A DNA stretch of 56,596 nt, filler included, from Sphacelaria rigidula (Eukaryota): the NCBI GenBank assembly GCA_964200075.2. It is 6 parts of 6 records of this genome, joined end to end, with 100 filler letters (N's around TTAATTAATTAA, not from the genome) between each part and the next. Parts side by side here need not be neighbours in the genome. Positions count along the whole stretch, not along the records: positions 47,250 to 56,596 come from CAXNAA020008704.1; 5 more parts are not named here. One strand, 5' to 3'. Shown one piece after another: positions 50,459 through 56,596 of this stretch. Under the pieces are notes generated by a model that did not search any database, was not told the DNA's origin, and worked only from the letters and a program-made list of their open reading frames with translations. Numbering within the stretch: position 1 is the first letter of the stretch; every line of letters begins with the position of its first letter. A program made the position numbers and the translations under genes.

Positions 50459-50882
50459 AATACAAAAATTCAAGTAGTTGAGGTTTCGATGTGTGTGTAG
50501 CATTCCCTCAACTCCCCGCCCTTCTCCAGGTATCGACCAGTCTCCACCTTGGCACTTCACGATTCCGGAGTGGGCCTCGGATTAGCAGTCTCGCATGTCG
50601 ACGACGGCTTTAAGTCGCATGATGAGTGGATGGATTGTCAACCCTGCCGACGTTGACAGCGAACATCGATATATGATGATGTCTACGAACAACTAGCGCG
50701 CGTGTCGGAAGGGGAGGGGGAGGGAACCAATTCGTTGCTTGCTTCAGTCGTTTGAACTTTGACCACACATCCCTTTCGAGACGGAGCGCGTTTGAAGGGG
50801 GAGGGGGGGGGGAGCGCTAGTCGTGAGACATGTTACCGGACACGATTCTCGCATGAAAAAAATACAACACGCGCAGCGCCGG

Positions 50883-53730
50883 TCATGTAGAGGTGGCCAA
50901 CGTGCTAGAATAACTCAAGTAGCGAAAATTAACCCAGCATGTCTCACGTTCAAGCTTGCGACAGCAAGTCGGGGTGTCGCACAAGTCTTCTTCCGAGCTC
51001 GACCAGCCGGTGCTCAACCAGCTTGCCAAGTTGTTCTTTACAGCGCCCTCAGCGACAGCGGATACAAGCTTGCGGCGCCCATCGCCGGCGCCGGTAGAGG
51101 TAGCGTCCACCTCAATGCCGTCCGAGCCGTCGTACCAGAAGCCGTACGAGGGGGCTCCATCGAAGTCATCATCGAACGAGAAGTCATAAGAAGGCGCTTC
51201 GTCGCCGAAGCTGTACGAAGGGGCTCCATCGAAGGAGTCATCATCAAAGGAGAAGTCATATGAGGGGGCTGCATCGCCCAAGCTGTAAGAGAAGACGCCG
51301 GGGCCTTCGTCGGGCATTGTTTCCTCGTCAGGGTTGTGCTTGCACTTATTCGACGCGGCGTTGTCAATGGTGGTATAGCCCGCGGGACACTTGTAGGACA
51401 AGCAGGTGCCGTCGTGCGTTTTGGGTTCCTCTGTCGGGGGAATCCCTTTTGCAAGGAAAGGGCGAGCGGGGAAAGGGCGGGGGCGACGGGGGTAAGCTAC
51501 GCATGCCCTGTAAAGATAGGTGTCATTTTCACTTGCACATGACCCCTGACGGGTTTGTAGTCAGCGTTTTGAACTGTCACATCTTATTTTCCATGTGTGC
51601 AAATACGGGGTGTTTGTTGCGTCACGCTTGTCACACTATACACGGAACATGCAGACCGAGAAAAAATCTTACAAAGACTTCTTCTCAACATTTGTTCCCC
51701 TCACCAGCGTCGCAGCACTGTTCCTGGGTGCAGACGCCGTTTTCGCACAAGATCGTGTCGGCGAAGGAAACAGGGAGGGCGCCGGCGCACGAGAAGCTCG
51801 AGCAAAACAACGAACAGCATTGCTCCACCTTGCATTCGCCGCCTAAGCACTCCACGTTTCCCGCGTCGGCGATCGGCACGTAGTTGTTCGGGCAGCCGAT
51901 GGAATCGCAGTATCGTGTAGGTGTTTGCTGTGGGGGTATTTCAGGGGTCGCAGCAACGCACAAAGAAGAGGAGGTGTCGGAAACAAACAGGGATTTTCAA
52001 GGAAACGTTACGACTTTGGGGGGTGGGGAGGGGGAGTGGGATGAATGGCCGCATTTTCAGCACGCACGTTACTATTTTTGGCGGTACGGCACTGGAATGA
52101 TCCCCGACACCTTCTACGATAGCCTTCCCATGACACCTTCTACGATAGCCTTCCCATGACACCAGCCCAAAACTGTCCTATGTGGCCGTACAGCGCCTGA
52201 TGGTTGGTTTCCGCCTGCATATAGCGCCTCATGTAGGCGGCATTGGGCAAAAACAAATCCAAGCGTAGGAGAATTCGCCGCTGCTCGTTGTGCTCGGCTT
52301 TTTTTCATTTCGATTATTTTGCATCCCAAAACCAGCCACTTTGGGAGGAAAGGCTACCGTCGAAAGTGCCCCCCCTCTCCTATTTCCTTTACAATATCCC
52401 ACGCTGTTACCATGCGTGGGAAAACTGAAGTGAACTGCAGAGGATCATATCTCAAATAACAGGTTCTCGATATTTCTGACTGTAAACTGTGACATATACA
52501 GGGAATCTCGAGGTCGAGACAACTTCACCTGTAGCTGGAGGGGTGGGCCGTTTTCGATTAGGAATTAGGCATCGTGACATTATCGGGCGAATGCAGAACC
52601 GACCCGAGATCTCGCTTTCGTTGCAGATATCACATGAATTTGTTGAGAAATAGGCGAGATGGTCGTGGGCTATCGGTCGGTAGCCCTGCTGCTGCTCGTG
52701 ATCATGAGGGAAGGTGAGAAGGGAAAACTCCGGACATCTCATCCTTGACTTTGCTCACCTCCGTCTCCGTAACTCTACGGCTGAACTGCGCACCCCGAAG
52801 TCCTGTCCTCGTGCCGTGTTTGGCTCCTGCGAAAAATGATGCGCGGAAGACAGAAAGAACGGGACTTGTGATGATGCAAAAGTGTTACAATACAAGCTTG
52901 TCTGCGGATGAGAGCAACTGTGTTTGAAATACAATACATGAAGCCGGCGGCGAGACCATCGGTTTGGCCAACAAGACGACGGAGTTACCCGTTGGCTGCA
53001 AAAAGCTCTGACATAGAAGCGCGATGGAGAGGCACTGTTGTCGTTGTTGTTATCGTCATATTGAAAACATTAGAGGCATGGCATCATCAATCGGGAGCTT
53101 GGATTGAAGAATGCCCATTCCATGGCAGAAGCAGTGCGGGGTCCAGTAGCGTCAAGTCCAGACAGGAGAACACAGTCCACTCTGTACAGCAGAGGGCGGT
53201 TGGGCGTGTGCCACAATCACCTCCTTACCCTTCCGAATGGTACGCAAGTGGCTATATGGGGTCGACCCCTTCGCACGCCCGAAACATCATGTAAAACGGA
53301 CATAGCTCGTGCAACAGAGTGGCGGGAGACGATTGTGTGACTGGTTGCAAGGCACAAACTCGCGGGGAAATCTACGACGGAGCAACTTCAAGAGTGCTTT
53401 ACTCTAATGCATGGCAGGAGTAGACGAGCTTGGTTCATCACCCAGATCCAGTAACCACACGGGTGGCCACTGGGGTGCCTGCAACCTCACTTTTGGACGT
53501 TACAGACCTTGTGCAACGTCTGTAACGTCCAAAATCGAGGTTACAGACATCACAGCGGCCACCCGTGCAGAGGTACACACACATGCTGCGTACAGCACTC
53601 CTACTAAAAAAACGAAGGTACATCATCAGCGCCGTACGGTCAAGCGCGGAACAGAAACTTCACCTCGCGCTTGGGCATCGATGGCAGCCGAGACTAGAGT
53701 CGCCGTCAAGAAAATCGCCCTGGCTTTCAT
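50883..53730 (-). CDS. Secreted Cys-rich protein with an acidic/aromatic APSY(D/S)F repeat region (>=4 exons)
   Basis: Phase-compatible GT-AG exons: 53730-53664 (signal peptide-like MKARAIFLTATLVSAAIDAQAR), 52826-52759 (GAKHGTRTGLRGAQFSRRVTETE), 51927-51705 (two C-x4-C..C..C..CC modules) and 51430-50883 (a third module split by acidic repeats). The 3' end is uncertain. Confidence 0.8.
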
Positions 53731-55501
53731 GATGCTTCCTGGAATATCGTCAGAGTGCGCTACGTTGCGGGAGCGGGTATGGAGGCAGTATCGAGATCTT
53801 TGGTTGACTGGAGAAGGGAGTGTCGTTGGTGTCTTGATCGGTGTCGTTGCGGTGTAGTACGGCGATATCTATTTCTCGTTTGGACAACTGGGCTGTTGTT
53901 ATCCTCGACGAGGGAGGTGGGGAGTGATAATGGTGTGTCGTGAGAGATCGGCTGCGAACTGTGAGTGATGGGATGGTGGGGGTGCAGCTGCTCCGGCAAT
54001 GTTCTGCGACGGACCCCGCAAGCGGCAGAAAAAATTAAAATTCGAATTCGCGTATGAATATTACGAACATTCGGGGTCTGGGATTCTTCGCGCCGTTCCA
54101 ACTGTCGCGGTGAGTCTGTATATGTTTTGTATCGACGCCCAGACCAAGTGTTAACGAAATAGTACCTGTACCTCATGACATGCGAAGGGCCGTACATGCT
54201 GTCTCTTGCCGGCCTGTACGGAGTAGACCGTGCGCTATCTACAATGAAGTAGTGTGGCAAGACGACTGGACGTACTTTTGCCGCGCCTGTGCGTCCATTA
54301 TACCCCGTGTAGTAACCATTACAGTAACCAAGAAATGGACATCGGCCGGAAACACCCGACAAATGGACCCATCGCGGACAAGGGTCAGTAGTCTGCTAAA
54401 AATCTGTACATCCCGAAAGGAAAGAATGCGTACAAATGGTAGCTGGCGAGCGGAATTGTTTCTGATGAAAACGAGCTTTTCGTGGAAAGATGAAAGCAAA
54501 CGCATTGAGACGTTGAACACCCCATACTGCCTCGACTGTGGCCGCCGCACGTTACCGACAGCAGAAGGGCGATCGCATGGCGCTAAAGTAATGAGTAGGT
54601 TATGAGGGCGTGCAATTTCGCACATAGCATTAGTCTGTCCTGAATCGTGTCGTCTTCTACCTTCTCTTGTACAGTACTATACCTATACGATCCTGTCTGT
54701 ACTACTGGATTGTACTGGCCTGGGAGTGATGTGACTGTTGCCGAGACTGGAACAACATTATATTGTCAATGCTGTAGTGAACCCTACGAATGCAGGGTGC
54801 GGCTGAGAATGAGACGGTAGACGGGGTGACTATGTGTATGTGGTGAACTGGGAGTGAACTGGGAAACTTGTGATGCGGTGGCGACTTCGGTCTCAACTCC
54901 ATCGTCGCGGGTCATATGTTTATATTGAGTTACTCAAGTTGCTTGTTGAAACCCCGTGACCGCCAGTACGGCCATGCGGAATATTCCTGATCGAGCGTGT
55001 ATGTGTTACGTGGGAGAGAAGGAACTTCCAATCGCTGTTGAGTCACTGTCAATTGAATCACACATGAATCATGAATCATGATACATGTGAGACACCTGGA
55101 AGGCTCGGCACTTGGAACGTGTGTGTCGCTGATACCGAACATTGAAGCGAGCGATTGTCATTTAATCCGCTGCGAGAGTGGTAGGCAGACGTAGTAGCAG
55201 GCGTGCAGAGCGGCGGCCTGGACATCCAACTAGCTTACTGTTCGATTGCAGGCAGTGCGCGTGTTGAAGGTGGTACAACCGGAACACTGTTGTACTGCAG
55301 TGATGATACTGTGTACTATGAGAATCCTGGAGGAGTCGCATCGCCGAGTACAAACAAATAGTCATTTGTGTCTCGATCACTTTTGTTCGAGTGAAATCGC
55401 GAGACTCTCAGAAAAGGGCTCTCAATAGCTGACACAACATCGGTGCTACCTTACGCCGGTAGCTATATCCGGCTAACCCATACATGTTTATCATCATGGT
55501 A

Positions 55502-56596
55502 CGAGCTGGGCCAGCCTAGACACGGATTTAAGCTCTCAAAGCAATACTATATCTCGTCGACACGGACGAGTTGGGCCATGATCCGCATTTTGTAATAATC
55601 GTCCAAACAAGGGGAAGGTGCCCATCTGCTCAAAATTTTGGGCCCATATTTTCTCGTTGATTAAACCCCATGTCTAGTAATTCCTATACCTAAAGGAGAT
55701 AGCGTCGATAGTAAAATCTCTATGAAACCCCCGATCGATGCATTCTTCAGCGGATGACGACGAATTTTGGTGTGTGGACATTCCCTGGAGCACGGGGAGA
55801 CGATAGATACCCTCACCTTCACCTAATTCGCGATCTATCTCGAGATATGGCGCACATAATTTTTCATACTAAAATCAATATATTACGAGCAGATTGCGCT
55901 AGATTATTAGCTAAACCTGGATATCGCGTCTTAATTTTTTAGAGTTATTATGCTACAAAATTTCGTATGGAGAATCGCTCGTGAGTGCATAAAATAAAGC
56001 TTGTAAGCACAGCTTTTCCAATGTTTTTCGTTTTCTTTTTTTCAAGTTTTTTCGGGGTTTTGGGCAGTTTTGAGAAGAAGTGAACACTGCTTTTGGGCCT
56101 TATCTCATTTTTTGAGCTCAATTTTTAGAATGAATTATTGTAATTTGAAACTCAGGATAAAGAACCACAGAGGTATGCTAAATATAAAAGAAAGATGGGC
56201 CCTCAGTGTTTGTTTGGGGGGGAGAGGTTCGGGCCTTCTCGTAAAACAATGGCGGTTTCCATACTAAAACGCCCTAAACCAGTGAAAATATGAGAGATAA
56301 TCAACCTGACCCACTTTGTTTCGTCAATTATGCCCTCCTAGCCATGGCCCACACAAAGTTTCAATACACAAACACCAAACGTGGGCCGGTAAGTGGCCTG
56401 CAAAATAATGTTCCGAATTTCTGCTGACGACCCAGTCACTAAACGGCCCATTAAACGGCCAACACTTGGAGTCGGACCCTGAAATTAGGTATGGACAATG
56501 AATAAGGCATGGTAAAAAAAAAATACCGGTTCAGGCCGCTTCCTATAATGGACAAAAATAAAAACCCGGAAAAAATGTCTTTTTGGAGCTCTTACG
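55502..56596. mobile_element. Non-autonomous Tc1/mariner-like element, truncated by the scaffold end
   Basis: TA|CGAGCTGGGCCAGCCT start. Co-linear with 11016-12498 but apparently lacking the SINE remnant. Confidence 0.8.

Overview
Eukaryotic, repeat-rich DNA, most likely from a brown alga (Phaeophyceae). This rests on a brown-algal-style 72-nt LRR exon, the LINE 3' end, long TE-filled introns and TTAGGG-like motifs. The window is not contiguous. It is six unrelated scaffolds of 9351, 9351, 9350, 9349, 9348 and 9347 bp joined by 100-nt N44-TTAATTAATTAA-N44 linkers, i.e. a length-sorted unplaced pseudomolecule. Most entries in the ORF track are spurious. Supportable genes: (i) a 4-exon minus-strand gene for a secreted protein with Cys-rich modules and acidic-aromatic (APSYxFxxDD) repeats (53730-50883); (ii) the first exon of a probable PH-domain protein (40690-41259); (iii) one isolated 72-nt LRR exon (10598-10669); (iv) decayed TPR-like exons; (v) a coding exon split by a MITE. 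Mobile DNA: a deleted Ty3/Gypsy element, LINE fragments, two tRNA-derived SINE families, Tc1/mariner-like, piggyBac-like and probably hAT-like non-autonomous elements, four MITE families with 4-bp TSDs, and a probable decayed KDZ-type transposase. I found no convincing intact novel multi-gene system. The best leads are the secreted acidic-aromatic repeat protein, the LRR exon module, two fold-backs of coding-like sequence, and the 4-bp-TSD MITE families.
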